Shown: positions 1 through 13,629 of the stretch, piece by piece
Layout: each line of letters opens with the position of its first letter
Position numbering within the stretch: the stretch's first letter is position 1
From: Lama glama
Lineage: Eukaryota
Assembly (NCBI GenBank): GCA_028534125.1
Contig: CM052832.1
Span: forward strand, 22,446,001-22,510,000
DNA: 64,000 bases
Direction of reading: 5' to 3'
Program-made: the position numbers and the translations under genes
Notes under the pieces: model-generated
The model's database searches: none
The model's input: the letters and a program-made list of their open reading frames with translations, nothing else
Told to the model about the DNA's origin: nothing

Positions 1-1825
1 TTCTAACTTCCATAGGTGGGCATTTTAGAGTCTGCTCTCTCTTTTAAACTCTGTATCATATTGCTCTCAGTTAGGCATCATGGCATTAGCTGAATGCTGG
101 TGAGATATGATCCAAAGCAGGCATGAGACATATACTGATTTGCTGTATCAGCCATTGTTATTATCCATGAGCATATTCAGTCACTTGCCAGAAGTGGACT
201 ATGCTAAACCACATCCACTCCTCCAAGTTTTGTATTGCTTTGATGTAACTTGGATTTGAGGCTCAGAGGAGGACTCACCTTGATTGTTTGGAATACTTTT
301 TCCTTATGCAAAAACTAAAGCTAGGATGTGGACTCTCATCTCTGTGCTTCACCCCAGTTGTGACCTCTTCTGTCTCAATTACTCCAAATTAGCAGCTGCC
401 TGGGGGCAAATGCACACTGGGTGGAAAAGATACGAAGCCTCATTACTGTATTCAGGATGGCCTAGCATTTTTCCTCTTCACCCTTTCCTTCTCAAGAAGA
501 TAAACAATCTAACAGGATTAAGCACATTCACTTCTACAGCAGGAAGCAAAAATTCCCAATTCAATTCACCAGGTTTTTGCCTTTAAAATCCTGTGGCTCA
601 TCTGTAGCCTCAGCTTCTCCATCTGGCAAGAGGAAGGATTACAAGGATGGAGTGAGGATTAGCTGCTTTGAAAGCCCCAGGAGAAAGGCAGTAAGTAAAC
701 AATAGGGGGCAGTACACTTGTGCATAATAGATACTCAGTGTCCATTGATGTCTGTGCCATTATCGAAGCGGGCTTGTAATAGGTAAAATGGCTATGAAGA
801 TGCCAGAGAGACCAAGTTCTTGCTTTGGCTCATCATTATCCTTTAGTAGAGAAATCTAACACAAAATTTATCTATTTATTTGCTTATTTATTTATTGTTT
901 AAAATTTCATCCCAGTTAATATTGAGATATATTTGTCTGCTGCATTCTTTCTTTGAGCGGGTAGTCATGCAAGTCATTGCTAGGAATTGTTCCACTCACA
1001 AATTACTGCTACACTTCACTGATGGAGGGGTTTTAGTTACAATTCCCTTTCTTTTCAAGTGAGTGCAAAATAATCCCAGAATATAGAAAAAGCACACGTA
1101 AATGCATTTTCAGCAGTTAGAGGAAAGACACCAAATAAATAGTAATTGGCTTCATGTCTTGGAACTGAATGGTGACTAGGAATCCCTTATAGTCAATCTG
1201 CCTTCACTGAGAAAAAACTTTCCCGTTTTGTTGATAACTAGGTCATGGTTCCTAAGAACGGATACAGTATTCTAGAAACAGTTGCATTATTTTTTTTTCC
1301 CCTGGAGAGGAGTTTTGGAGACCGTGTTGTGGATCTCACACAGTTGTCTGGTTGTTGGATGACTCACGGTGCCAGGGAACTGAGTACCTGCGGTGGAAAA
1401 TGACTGTGTGGAAAGTAGATGAACAGCATGAAAACTCACTTGTATGTGGAATAATTAAACTAGTACGTTTTTCTACCAGCAAAACACATGCACAAAGCAC
1501 TAAAGGAATTAAAGACGCAGAATTAAAGAAAAAGGGACTGAGTTAACTTTGAATTTTATCAACACTGGTAATTGTACATGAAAATAGTTCAGTTTAAACA
1601 AGCCGTCCCTTTGGGTAAAACTATTTTCTCTTGAATAGAATTAAATGATATTATAATCTTTAAAGACTAAAAGCCTTAGTGAAATGTTTTTTCTTAAAAT
1701 ACAAGTGCTTGACAGGATCATCTAAAATTTTGATAAAGCCTTAGATAACACTTAGTCTGATAGAACCATATTTACCGTTTGTAAAACGTCTTGCTCATTA
1801 GGTCAGCATTAAGGTATGATTCTCT

Positions 1826-2118
1826 GTTTAAAAAAAAAACGTAAATACAAAACAGAAACAGACTTATAGACATAGAATACAAACTTGTGGTTGCCAAGGG
1901 GGCTGAGGGTGGGAAGGGACAGACTGGAACTTTAAAATGCAGAGTAGATAAACAAGATTATACTGTATAGCACAGGGAAATGTATACAAGATCTTGTGGT
2001 AGCTTACAGTGAAAAAAAATGTGATGATGAATATATATATTTTCATGTATAACTGAAAAATTGTGCTCTACATTGGAATTTGACACAACATTGTAAAATG
2101 ACTATTACTCAATAAAAA
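1826..2118 (+). mobile_element. 5'-truncated young L1 3' end (camelid/cetartiodactyl type) with perfect 15-bp TSD
   Basis: AAGGTATGATTCTCT occurs at 1811-1825 and 2119-2133. TT|AA cut site upstream, L1 3'UTR motifs (CTGTATAGCACAGGGAA, GACACAACATTGTAAA), and it ends AATAAAAAAA. Confidence 0.88.
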
Positions 2119-2519
2119 AAGGTATGATTCTCTTTGTTTCCATTATGCTCTAAAAATAAGTGAAACACATAGTATCAAGAAAAATAAGACAATTACTGTG
2201 ACAGCACTGTAAAAATGCTACACATATTTTCACCAAAGCTTCTGGGCGTAAGATTGAAGTTATAGGATGTCAAAGACACTTGTTGAAAATGCTTTGACTT
2301 TGGGCATCCGCTCATTGTTCTGTCTTTGTCAGGAATCTATAACCTGTACTACATAACATGATTTTGCCCTTTGGCAGATTACTAAATGGCCAGTGTTTGG
2401 CACCTTGCAACGTTGTCCATCAGCAGTCTTCCCAGAACTTCCAACTCTAACCTCTGGTGAACACGATTGGAAGAATGCTAGTGCTTTCTTTTCATCCAGC
2501 TTCTAGGAAAGTCGTTTAT

Positions 2520-2790
2520 TGTGCATACTTCTCATGAATATAAGTATTATTTTTTGAACAGAGATTTTAATGTGCAATGCATACTTTTTGGAAATCTAAT
2601 TTTTCACTTTCATATGGTGTGGATATATATCCATGTCAGTAGTTACTTGTCTTGGTCATAGTTTTAATGGTTGCATAGTATGCTATTATGTGGACATGGC
2701 CACAATAGGATACCACCATAATACATTGATAATAGTTCTTTAACAAACTATTATCAGTGTTTCGTTATTTCCAGTTTCTTGCTGTGTGCT
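2520..2790 (-). mobile_element. old L1 (L1ME-like) 3' fragment
   Basis: Degenerate antisense L1 motifs such as TTTTAATGGTTGCATAGTAT and GTTATTTCCAGTTT. Confidence 0.4.
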
Positions 2791-5669
2791 CTTATCACAT
2801 TAATATCACACAACAATTTGCATTTGTTGGTATGCTGCTGTGCCATTCTCTTCAAGCTATGTCAGGATTGTGTGTTTTAGACCTTCAACTGTCAAAAGCA
2901 TCTTAGAGGCAAGGCCAGTTCTTCCTTCTCTTTTGCTACTTTTTATAGGTCAGTAAAGAGAGTTATTCATAGAGAAAGTGCTCACATGGCTGCTCAGGTG
3001 GGTTGGCCCCATCTACTAGGATGACATCCTAATGAAGAGCTGTTTGGAGGTGACCTGAAGATTTTGCACATGTTCAGGGTGGCTGGCCTGTTGAGATGGG
3101 AAAGTGGACAGGTTGGAGCAGAGTAGTGGTAGATCCACCGGGTTGGCTGACGTCCCAGGAAGGCTCTAGTCTACTTAACAAAAAGCTTTAGGCAAGCTGC
3201 TAAAATTTCAAAGTATGAATCTGCTGGAGCTATCAAGTGAGGGAAGTGGGAAAGAGAAGTCATGGGGTGAAAAGCAGAGCATGTCTTCTGCAAGAGTGAG
3301 AACAGGAGCTGCTCTGCACACGTGGGGTCACATCCCATCCATGACTATTGCTCTTGTTGGTTCTCTGTCTACCCAAAGTTCATCTTCAGGCTCAACCTCC
3401 CATTCCTTTGTTTCAACTCTTTATTTTCTTGCTCAGTCATCTCCTACAACCAGAATTTAAATGCAGTTACAAACAGTTTTCACAATGAAGTTTGTGTCCC
3501 CTCTGCATACCCACTAATCGTTGTAAAATTCACCCACATTGACCCAAACCTTTTCCTTCCCCTAGGTCAAAGCAGCCTTCTGGAGTGACCACCATCCTGT
3601 AATCCAACGACAAAAGGTAAACCGCCTGTTCTGTTGATAAAAATGTAAGTCAGGAATAAGTAAATAGAAAAGTCATTTTTAAAATCAATTTTTATTTTGG
3701 ACATTGAGGTGCTCATTCATTTTATTGAACAAACACAGACCTATGTAACTTAAGTAAATATAAGGTCCCATTCAACAATTAGAGTTTAGAAGTGGCTATT
3801 ATAGTAATGTCACCCATATAACTTGTTTATTTTGGCAAGATTTGTCTTGGAATACAAACATCCTTAGTATAAAAATGATTCTTCATTTTCTCAGTTGAAA
3901 TATGATCAGTGTTTTAACCTGCTGTTGGTTAGACACTGCTTTTGTAATCCAGGAGGTCAGAAATCCATTATTTAATTTTTGAAGGGACAGGAGACAGCAA
4001 TGGGAGAGCACTCTTCCTTCATGCTGCCTTAGCATGTGTGCTGAGCCATCCGTCTCCTGAGGCTTCCTTCTATCTGTCCTGCTGAAATGAAGAAGAGTGG
4101 TTAGCACTTACTGAAATTTATGAAATTAGAAGTGGTTCTGAGATCTTTATTATGATCTTTATGGCAGGTGTTATAAGGGGCCTCTTCCATCCTTCAAACT
4201 TAGATATGCTAAAAGAGTGTTATCTGTCCTATGTCTTGATAACATATAGAATTGTTTCCCAAAGAAATGGGAAGAAGTCGTGGTCACAGTTGTATCTCTG
4301 TTCTCATTATTGAGTTTCTAGACAATTCCAGATTTTAGGGTTGAGTAGCAAGTGTGGTAGCCAGGTCCAAAGACCATTTGCCAATAGTCCATCAACTTGC
4401 TGATGGGATGGTACATGGCAGAGGAGGGGACTTGGCTGAAGATCTCTCTGTTAGTTCTCATTCCCTTGTCATGAGTAAAAATCACACATCTAGAACAATA
4501 TGGCTTCTCCTCTTGGCCATTTAATTTTTATAATTTTACCACGGTTGTAATATGCACTGAATAAAGGCTATTTTATAGCCAGCAGAAGAATTTGGATTAG
4601 TGATCAGGAAGTCTCTGGGCACTAACAGAACAAATAAATATCTCTGAACCAACTTTTCAGAGATAACACTAGAAAGAAAATAACAATGGTTGGGGACAGG
4701 AATCCAGGTCTGGCATCTAGGAAAGTAAATACAAGGAGGCAAAAAATATGAGAGAAGGATTTTGAACCAATTATCTGCTTCAACAACAGCTGATAGAATA
4801 TAACATAAATATTTGCTAGCTAACACAGAATTTTTCTCCTATATTCACATATTTAAAGCAGAATATAATGATCTGGGTGGGAGATTGAACTGGAAATTAT
4901 CTAGGTCCTTTCCAAATGTAAATTTCTATGATTCCATGGCATTCTTACTTCACTGTGCACCATTCCCTCTTAATTTGCAATCTCCAATTAGCTTTGCAAT
5001 TACAGTTTTAGTAAAATGCTTCACTGGTCTTCACCTCTGAATGCCTAATACCACTTTACTACAGGCAGCAAAGAGATAAACAGGCACCTTGGTGATAAAG
5101 GTACTTGGCCTATGTCAATAATACTAATATGTCATCTTGCAAGAGATTCAGCACTTATTTTAAAGCATCCCATTTGCTTTGTGCACATGCCTTGTACATT
5201 ACCATCTAGCACACGCGTCTCATCTACAGCTTGTAAGATATTTATATTCATGTAGTGGCTGTGTTTTTGAAATACAGAGAATGGCTTTGTGTTATCAATT
5301 CTGATTTCCGTAAGTCATCCAAGAAAACTGGTCTCATTACTCCATAGTCCTGTCACATGGATGAATTCTGGTTATCTCCCACATTTTTACTGACTTTTTT
5401 CTAGGAAACAGAGTCTATATGGTTCTCAAAAGGATTTGCAGCATATACAAATGTGCATTGTCAAACTCAATCTGCTAATTGAATAGCCAGTTCGCCTATA
5501 ACTATGTTACTTGGAGTTCACAATATAAGGAAGTGCATGTATTCACCCTCTTATCTCTTCAAATATCTAGGATACATAAACCCTGAGGAGGCTTGAATCC
5601 ATTGTATTATCATTCATTCATTGTCTATCAATTTGTACTTGGTCTTTCTATTTCCCCTGGAGAGTTAAA

Positions 5670-5810
5670 CCTTTATAATAATAATTATTATATATTACAT
5701 TAACATATTATAATTATATTATATGAATTATATAGTAGTTATCTATTAGTATTTATTAATAGCTGCATAATATAATAATTTTTATTATATATTTTATTCT
5801 GATTAATATG
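5670..5810. repeat. AT-rich low-complexity tract
   Basis: Almost entirely A/T with TAT/ATA reiterations. Confidence 0.7.
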
Positions 5811-7039
5811 TGCTAGAGAATTATACTCTGCAAATATGGATTACTTTAAAGATGTGGTAAGATAAATCTCTCTTGCTATTTTAAGAATCACTGGCAAACG
5901 GATGGCATTGATGAAATGGTAGGGATTGAAAGTAGACTAACACTGGTTGCCAGGTGATGGTGCGCAAAACAGTCTCCTCTATACTTGCCTAAGATACAGA
6001 TATCTGGGAATCACCTCTAGTTTTTCTGCTTCAGGTGATTCAAATGCAATGATTCAAGGACCACATTTTGAAAAATACTGATGTTGTCAGCAGTAAGTGT
6101 AATAATAAATTCAAAAAGCAAACACTGTACATATGGGATTTCATCAAGCCTGTGGGTAAAGGTAGATAATTCAAGACAATTTTTTGAGAGTTATTTGTGC
6201 AGACATTTCCAGAGTTGACACACTATGACTGGGAATGATTGGGGCGGGAATATGTGCAGTGCATGTTGGTGATGAGGATATGATGGCATATGATACCTAC
6301 CATGTATTAAACTGTGACCAAATTCTAAGCACTGTGAAGTGGCTTCACATTTAGATATGTCACTTAATTCTCACAAGCCCAAGAGCCCTCACCTCAGAAT
6401 GAAAGACTGTGTGAAATTAGTTAGCAGCTGCAATCAATAGAGTAAATGTAGATTAAGAACATTAAAAGAACAAAAAGCCAATGAGGCAAAGAGATTAATA
6501 ATCTGTCTCTATAGCTGTATCTATAAGTGTACCTATGTACCCACTTTCAGAAGGCTACTCACTAGTCGTTCATGTGCATGCTCTATTTTCAGGCTTAATT
6601 AGGCTGGGGACGGTTAGGGGAAGAAATTGTCAAAAAAATAAATGCAAAAAGAAAAACCAAGAACCAGAGCAGGGTAAACTGGTTCTCCAAATATAGACTC
6701 TTAGGAGTGAAAGGAGGAGTAGCGTGTACCCAGCCAAGTTTCACTTTGGAGGAGAACTCCCAATATAGTGTAACCACCAGGGCAGCTTTGGCAGGACTGT
6801 TTGTCATAACCAGCAAAGGGGAGGGTGGAGCCCTTTTTCCTGACAATGAAAACTCTTCACAGAGTTTGGTGAGAACAACATGACCTTACTCCCTAAAAGA
6901 TCTCAAAATTCAACAGAATTGTAAGTCATGAAAAACATATTATTAACTCTAGTATTTTTTTAAGACTGAAGTTATGTATAACATATCTTTTTATGAAGCT
7001 GAGCTATGTAACTTCTGTAACTAACAAGTTATCTGAATA

Positions 7040-7207
7040 TAAATCAAAGGGTACGAAGTTTCAGTTATGCAAGATGAATGAATAAATTCTAGAGATTTAC
7101 AGATAGAATACAGCATAGTGCCTAGAGTAAACAATACTGTATTGCAGACTTAAAAATTTGCTAAGAGGGCAGATTTTATGTTAAATGTTCTTATCACATA
7201 CACACAC

Positions 7208-7252
<45 letters not shown>

Positions 7253-7388
7253 CAGGAGGAAACATTTGGAGGTGATGAATATGTTTATGGCATCGATTTG
7301 AGGTAATAGTTTCATAGACCTATACTTACCACCAAACTCATCAAGTTGCATACATTAAATATTTACAGCAAAAAATAAAAAATAAAAA
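7040..7388 (+). mobile_element. L1MA/L1MB-like 3' end
   Basis: AAGGGTACGAAGTTTCAGTTATGCAAGATGAAT...TTGCTAAGAGGGCAGATTTT...GGAGGTGATGAATATGTTTAT followed by an A-rich tail. Confidence 0.75.
7208..7246. repeat. (AAT)13 microsatellite inside the L1
   Basis: Read directly from the sequence. Confidence 0.95.
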
Positions 7389-7819
7389 TCAGCTGATCTG
7401 GGTCGGGGTGAGGGGAATATGATTTATAATCTGAAAGATACTCTGAAAAAACTCGTGGATCCCAGCCTTCGAGAAGTGAGCAGACTTGTGACATAATTTG
7501 GCCATAGTTCTAGCTCTACCACCGCCTGGGGTGAGGCTCATGTGGCCTTTCCCCCTCCAGCTTCCCCACGTGGCAACGCCATGAGAGGCTAGAAGGCCTT
7601 GACCTACAGGGTTCTGCCCAACTCCAACAGTCTACACTTTAATTAATTAGCTCATTTGGAGTCTTATTTTCAAAAAGACTTATGTGGCAAGCTATCATGA
7701 TTTATCTTCCCCAAGAATACTAGCAATGCCCTCAAGCTAGTTTTTAAGCAAAGGTCAGTGGACTATTGAGAGACATAGGGGGAGAAGCTCCGGCTGGCAC
7801 ACTGACACCATCCTATAGA

Positions 7820-8400
7820 CCACAAGGATGGAGGTAGGCAGGAGGCTGCTTTAATAATCCAGTCTTTGAGCAGGCTGATTCAGCAGAGGCGGTGAGAAGT
7901 CATTGGATATATTTTGAAACTATGGCCAGCAGAGTTTGCCTATGGAATGAATGTGGGTCATTAGAGGGAAAAGAATTCAAAAAATTCTGCCATTTTTGGT
8001 CTTAACAACTGAAAGGACAGGAGAATTGATGGAGAATCCTATGTGAGGAGCGGGCCTGGGGAAAATGACAGTTTAGTTCTGCTCATATTAAATGGAACTG
8101 CCTACTAGGCATCCAAATTGGATATCTGAATCTAGAGTTCAGGGGAGATGTTTGCACTCGAGATGTAAATTTAGGGGGTGATCATCTCCACATTAATGGT
8201 ATGTGAAACCACACAACTGGATAAATGCGTCCTAGGGAGAGAGTGTAGCTAGAAAAGGAGGTCCAAGGATCAAGTTCTGTATCACCTCAGTGTTCAGAGG
8301 TTGGGGAGGAAGAAGCCGGAAAGAGTGTGAGAAGAGTGACCGGTGAAAAAGGGAAGTCAAGGGAAGAAATAATTTCAAAGAGCAGGGAGTGCCTAAGACA
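7820..8400 (-). mobile_element. L2 fragment
   Basis: Purine-rich antisense L2 motifs (GGAGGCTGCTTTAATAATCCAG, GGATATATTTTGAA, GGATATCTGAATCTAGAGTTCAGGGGAGA). Confidence 0.6.
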
Positions 8401-10204
8401 GGTCAGACACTCTTAACATGGTACAGGCTGGAGGAAACCTCACAAACAAGGGGAAAATCCAGTAGCAATGGGAGCTGCTTTATCTGCCCCATCTTCCAGT
8501 TAGTTCTTCATACCCTGGGACAGCAAACATAGGAAAGAAGGAAGACTTTTTAATTCGATGTATTCAAAATACAGGTAGGAAGATATCAGTTTGGGTAAAA
8601 AAAAAAAAATTATCACCTGCTTCATTCTGCTAGAGAAACATTTGGTAATTTCTTCCAAGAAGAAATTTTATTTTCCTGTGTTTTCAGTGACCTGATGATG
8701 GAGTTAGTGGAAACTGTCCAAAGAGCCTACTTTCCAACCGGAAAAATGCACTGTAAAAGGATTTTTTCCAAACTCTCTAAGTGGAAAAAAAAATCCTTCT
8801 TTTTTTGTACTTATTATTTGAATGTATTCCTGGATTTCCTTGTAAATAGGATACGTGAAATGAATGAACGAGCTTTAATATAATGTCTGTCCATCAAGGG
8901 ACACATCCTAGGCTCAGTTTCCCACGGTGCTTTGTGGCAGACCCAGAGCTCTCCGAGGACACCCATCAGCCAGCACCTTTGACACTAAGATCTGTCGTTG
9001 AGAACATCTCTCATCTGCTGCCCTCCTTTCAGCTCTGACTACCCCACATCAGGGGTTTGCCAGGTGGTCTGTGAGGTTATCTGTTTTATCCCTTTCTCAG
9101 CTGTGGGCAGGAAGCAGCACTGATGCTCCCCAGAAGCTCTATGCGTCTGATTTCCTCACTGGCTCAGTTGCTTTGTCAGGGACAAATAAAATTCTTCCCA
9201 CTTAGGTCATTGCCACACATCCCTCCTCTATCTGACCCTTTTTGTGTGTGGATTTCAGAGTTACACTTGTGAGCATATTTTTTTAATATTCTCAGCAAGA
9301 GTGAGCTCCTTGGTGGCTTTGGGGAGAAGAGGCCCCACTACTGGCCTGAGGTCTTGGAGAAGAGTGATTCATTTAATAACTTTTTATTGAATTTAGTTTC
9401 TCTACATGTAGATTATGCCACTAGTTTCCCTAATTATCAGATTTTTCAATTCAATGGGTGTTTAAAAGTTTTGGTTTTCAGTTATGCAGATTGTATGTGT
9501 ATAGGTGCAAACCATGGGACTCACCCAGTAAAACATGCAGCCTACTATGTTAAGCTGTGTACTGTTTACATGCCATTACCTAGAAACACCTGCTTATCAT
9601 AACATAACTTAGCATTTTATTCTATTCCCGCAGTCACCTTAGAGGCCATGTATTGGCAGCATGTTGAATGTTTCCTTTTCCTCTTATTTATCACAATTAA
9701 GTATTAATTTATAACAATAGAAACAAAATAAATTTTTGTCTTTACTTCCTAAATAGTCCACAACAAACAAGAATTACTGGTGCAAAGAATAAAAAGAAAA
9801 AGAAATATACCACCAAACAATTTCCATGGTAAGTGTTTTTTACTTTTTTAATTTTTTTGCTGTTCTTTGTTTAGTGTTATTATTAAAGGAGCATGGATTA
9901 CATCCCAGTGACTTTTCTAGCTTAATGAGGGATCCTGGGAATATCAGTTCTGGGTGAAGACAACAAGCATAAACAACAAGATCCACGTGAATTTTCCCTA
10001 GAATACAAATGTAAAATCCAACCAGTCTGGAAGGCAAAAAGCAACACAGGAGGATGTTTATAAAGGAAGCCATCAATACCCTGTATCTTGGGGTGCCTAA
10101 GACATGTCAGGTTGTAGCATTATATTATGGGTCAATCTTCAAGTAAATTTGATTTCTCTGTAGGTGATAGATATGCTCTGAACATAATTCTTACCACTCC
10201 AACT

Positions 10205-10460
10205 TTTTAAAAAATAAGCTTTTTATCTGGAATAATTTTAGGTGTACAGAAAAGCTGCAAAAATAGAACATAGAATTCCTGTGTGCCTTTTACTCAGTTT
10301 CCCCAGATGTTAACATCTTTCATAACTATGGTGTATTTGTGATGGTTAAGGTCTTAACCTTGCTGTATTGCTATTGGCTAGATTACAGGCTTCATTTGGA
10401 TTTAACCAGTGTTTCCACTGATGTTCTTTTTCTTTTCCAGGATTGAATCCAGGCTACCAA
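10205..10460 (-). mobile_element. L1MC-like 3' end
   Basis: TACAGAAAAGCTGCAAAAATAG...CAGTTTCCCCAGATGTTAACATCTTTCATAACTATGG. Confidence 0.7.
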
Positions 10461-10927
10461 ACTGTAGCTAAAATTCTAGCTTTTGAGAAAAATTAGGACC
10501 AGCGTTTGAGCTACAAAGACCTCAGACCTAATGGATCAGGGACTTAGCTCTGGAATCAGGAACAGTAAATACAAATAACTCAGAAATAACTTAAAAGATG
10601 TAGCCATCATTATGTTTTACTTCAAGCAGTCTGTATATCTGATGCTACCTTCAGGTTGTCTGGTATGTTCCTTTACTGTCAGAATTTAACAAGGGTTCTT
10701 GTAAGTCAAAGTATTGCAAACACTGTTAACTGTGACATATGCCTGGACTTAAGTGCAGGGCAGTATCTCAGAGACTTAGCAGGATCACCTAAATGAAAAT
10801 GTGTATATTGTATTCTGAGAAATAGTTACCTTCATACATAGGTAGTATCTTATGTAGCTCATTTTCTTTCAGTTTATCCCTCATCCCTTGACCTGTAGCT
10901 ACAGTAAGCATCACAATGTTTCTTTAG

Positions 10928-11400
10928 TTCATTCATTCACCCCAAATAGGTATTGAGGACCACTTCGTGCTAAGCACTGGGCTGTCCTCTGTGGACCCAT
11001 TAGCCTTTTGGATGAACCCAGACAGGAGAGGCAGACCTTATTGCACAGTGGGTAGGTGCTAACAGAGGTCGTCCTAGAGCACCATGGAAACAAGCATAGA
11101 AGACGTGCCTGAAGAAGAGGAAGCTCATGCAAAAGACATGGAAGCATGAAGCAGCGTGGCCTTTTGAGTGTTCGTACCCTGCCTGGGAGACAGGGCAGGG
11201 ACTGGAACTGGATGTGAAGTGGGGCTTGGGATGACAGAGGCCTTGAATGCCATCCAAGGGGTCTGAATTCATCATGAGGTGGATGGGAAACCAATGATCG
11301 GATTATGCTTTGGAAAGGTCAGTGCAGGGAATGGATTGCTGGTGGGAAGAATGTGAAGCAGGGAAAGCAGAGGGAACGCTGCTGGTAGTGTGGTTGATGC
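10928..11400 (-). mobile_element. L2 3' end
   Basis: Begins TTCATTCATTCA (reverse of the L2 TGAA tail), then TATTGAGGACCACTTCGTGCTAAGCACTGGGCT. Confidence 0.65.
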
Positions 11401-11419
11401 AAAAAGCTACAAAGCCCTC

Positions 11420-11725
11420 CTTTCTCTTCTTTACTTGACCAACATCTAAATCATTCATTGAAGAGCAGGTTGAAATGCTACTTCCTCTGAGAAGCCTTTT
11501 GCCCCTACTCCTCAGACATACCTACTCACTCCCTCCCATAGCTTTTTGCTTATAACTCAATTATAATATTTATCACTGGGTGTTGAATGGATTGTTTTTT
11601 GTGTCTGTCTCCCTACTACAGTGAGCTGCTCTAGGTCAAGGCCCCTGTCTTACTCATCTTGGCATCGTTAACATTTAGGGCAGTACCTGACACAGGGTGT
11701 CTGCTCAAATATTTGATGAGTGAGA
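11420..11725 (+). mobile_element. L2 3' end
   Basis: CTTCCTCTGAGAAGCCTTTT...GTCTGTCTCCCTACTACAGTGAGCT...GTACCTGACACAG...CTCAAATATTTGATGAGTGA. Confidence 0.65.
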
Positions 11726-12186
11726 AGTAGAATAAAAAGTTGCCAGTCATGGATAATATCCTCCCAAACTGAACATTCACCATTAGCCAAATTAATTTGT
11801 GCAAAATTCCATGTGCAATCATTTAATTAGTTCAATTGAGGAAACAAGGAAATGAGACTCAATTAAAGAAGAAATTGTAAGTCTTTAAGCAATTGATATA
11901 GATTAGGATTGCTTGGTCATGATTAGATAATCAAAATTTGTGAGTTTCAAGTAAGGCAGAGAAATGTTTATGGATGCAAACGTGTTGCAGAATATATTAC
12001 AAAAATGATGCTGTGTGATTTACCTCAGCTGTATTATATGGACAGAAATTTCTTTAGTTCTGAGGGTTATCAAAGGGAGTGAGCAAAACCTCTGTTGCTG
12101 CTGAGTGCTAACTGATTTTCTGGGAAAAGAACTTGATTCAGCCTATTTGAATCTCCGTTGCCTAATTTATAAATAGTCACTTGAAC

Positions 12187-12470
12187 CAGGGGTCACAAAC
12201 TCAAATGCATATGGGGGCCACGCATGTGGCAGAAATGGACAAAGGAAGCTGATGCAATAAACTAGGATGTTGAGAAGACTTGAGAACTAGAATCATGCCT
12301 GACTCATCTCAAAGTGACGGCCCTTACTCTGTTTCAACAGATTGACATGCTGACATTGCTGACATGCAAGGCCAGTTTTTAGCTCTAATTTCTAATTATT
12401 TACAAGAAAGCCAAATGTCTCAAATTTTTAATAGAAACTGTAGGTTTATACTGATGATACATTTAAAAAT
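12187..12470 (+). mobile_element. hAT-Charlie non-autonomous element (MER102/MER103-like)
   Basis: Starts CAGGGGTCACAAACTCAAATGCATATGGGGGCCA, a hAT-type terminus. A related copy lies at ~60.3-60.6 kb. Confidence 0.5.
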
Positions 12471-12479
12471 AATTGATCC

Positions 12480-13320
12480 TGTTATAGGTGAACCCTCTTC
12501 CAGCAACAACAGCACAGGTTGCTTTGGACTAACCCTTCTGCTGAGAGCAGCTGGAGGAGCTGGACTAAATACTAAAGAAAAGAAAAAAATGAAAAGTGTA
12601 AAATCAGTGCAAAGCCAGCAAGGCTGTGAAGAATTGTGCAGTCAAGACCTGGGAGAGGATGAAAGTCCATAGAGGTGAACTGGATATTTGGGCCCACTCT
12701 TCTTACAAAGGTGATTGCTGATTCTGAAAGCTGTGGCTGGCTGAGAGAATGAGAGCTGAGAGCTTTGGAAAGACTCATGGAGGTGGGGGCCTGAAAATTG
12801 GAGGCAGTGTTTGCCAAGGAGTAGGGATCTTAGTAAACATCTCAGGCAGGCAGTCTGGATCCAGAAGGGCTGTACCGAGGAGCAACAGTGAGCTGGAAAT
12901 AGACCACTTCTCAAGGAACTGAAACTTGACTTCAGATGGTCTTCATTTGCTGACTAGATTAAGGAGTTCAGTGGTTTATTAGTGCCCCTAACCTAGCTGC
13001 CTGCCTTATAGCACATACACATTCTCTCTGGAGGAATATAGCATCATATAAAGTCTCTTGACGATTACTATATACAGTGTCTGGTGATCAGTAATAACCA
13101 GGCAAACAAGGAGGCAGGATGTAACCAAAATCCAAAAGAAAAACAGACAAGCCAGACAGACCCACATGGGAAAATGGAGTTTTCAGACACAGACCACCAT
13201 TCATATTTTCAGAAATTAAAGGACAAGATGAAAAGTGTCTACGGAGAACTAGAAACAATAATAATGAGCCAAAAGAAATTTAAAGGATTAAGAAACACTA
13301 TCTGAGCCATAAAAAAAAAT
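12480..13320 (+). mobile_element. old L1M 5'UTR/ORF1 fragment
   Basis: ORF 13084-13305 (…QTDPHGKMEFSDTD…FQKLKDKMKSVYGELETI…LRNTI) resembles a degraded L1 ORF1 N-terminus/coiled coil. Confidence 0.55.
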
Positions 13321-13389
13321 ATACAGGATATGAGAGTTTGAGCACTGATCTAAACATTGTGAGTGCAGATGTAGCATAAACAGCACCAG

Positions 13390-13580
13390 TGCAATAAATT
13401 GAAGACTGTCCCGGTTGATAGCAGAGCACAAAGCATTTGGCAGAAGTAATGAAATTTCTCTTTGTGGACCACAAAGGACAGCAAAGATTATAGCTATTGA
13501 AGAAAGGCTGAGAGAATTGATGAGGTTTAATTAGCTTCAGTAATGACTTGGACCTTCAAGAGCTCTTACAAATGTGAACT
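13390..13580 (+). mobile_element. possible CR1/L3 3' fragment
   Basis: AGCTATTGAAGAAAGGCTGAGAGAATTG resembles the CR1 C-terminal YEERLRELG motif; the match is weak. Confidence 0.3.
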
Positions 13581-13629
13581 GACCTATCAAAATCTCCAAT
13601 CTGACAAGTTCAGACAGGGAAATGCTGAG

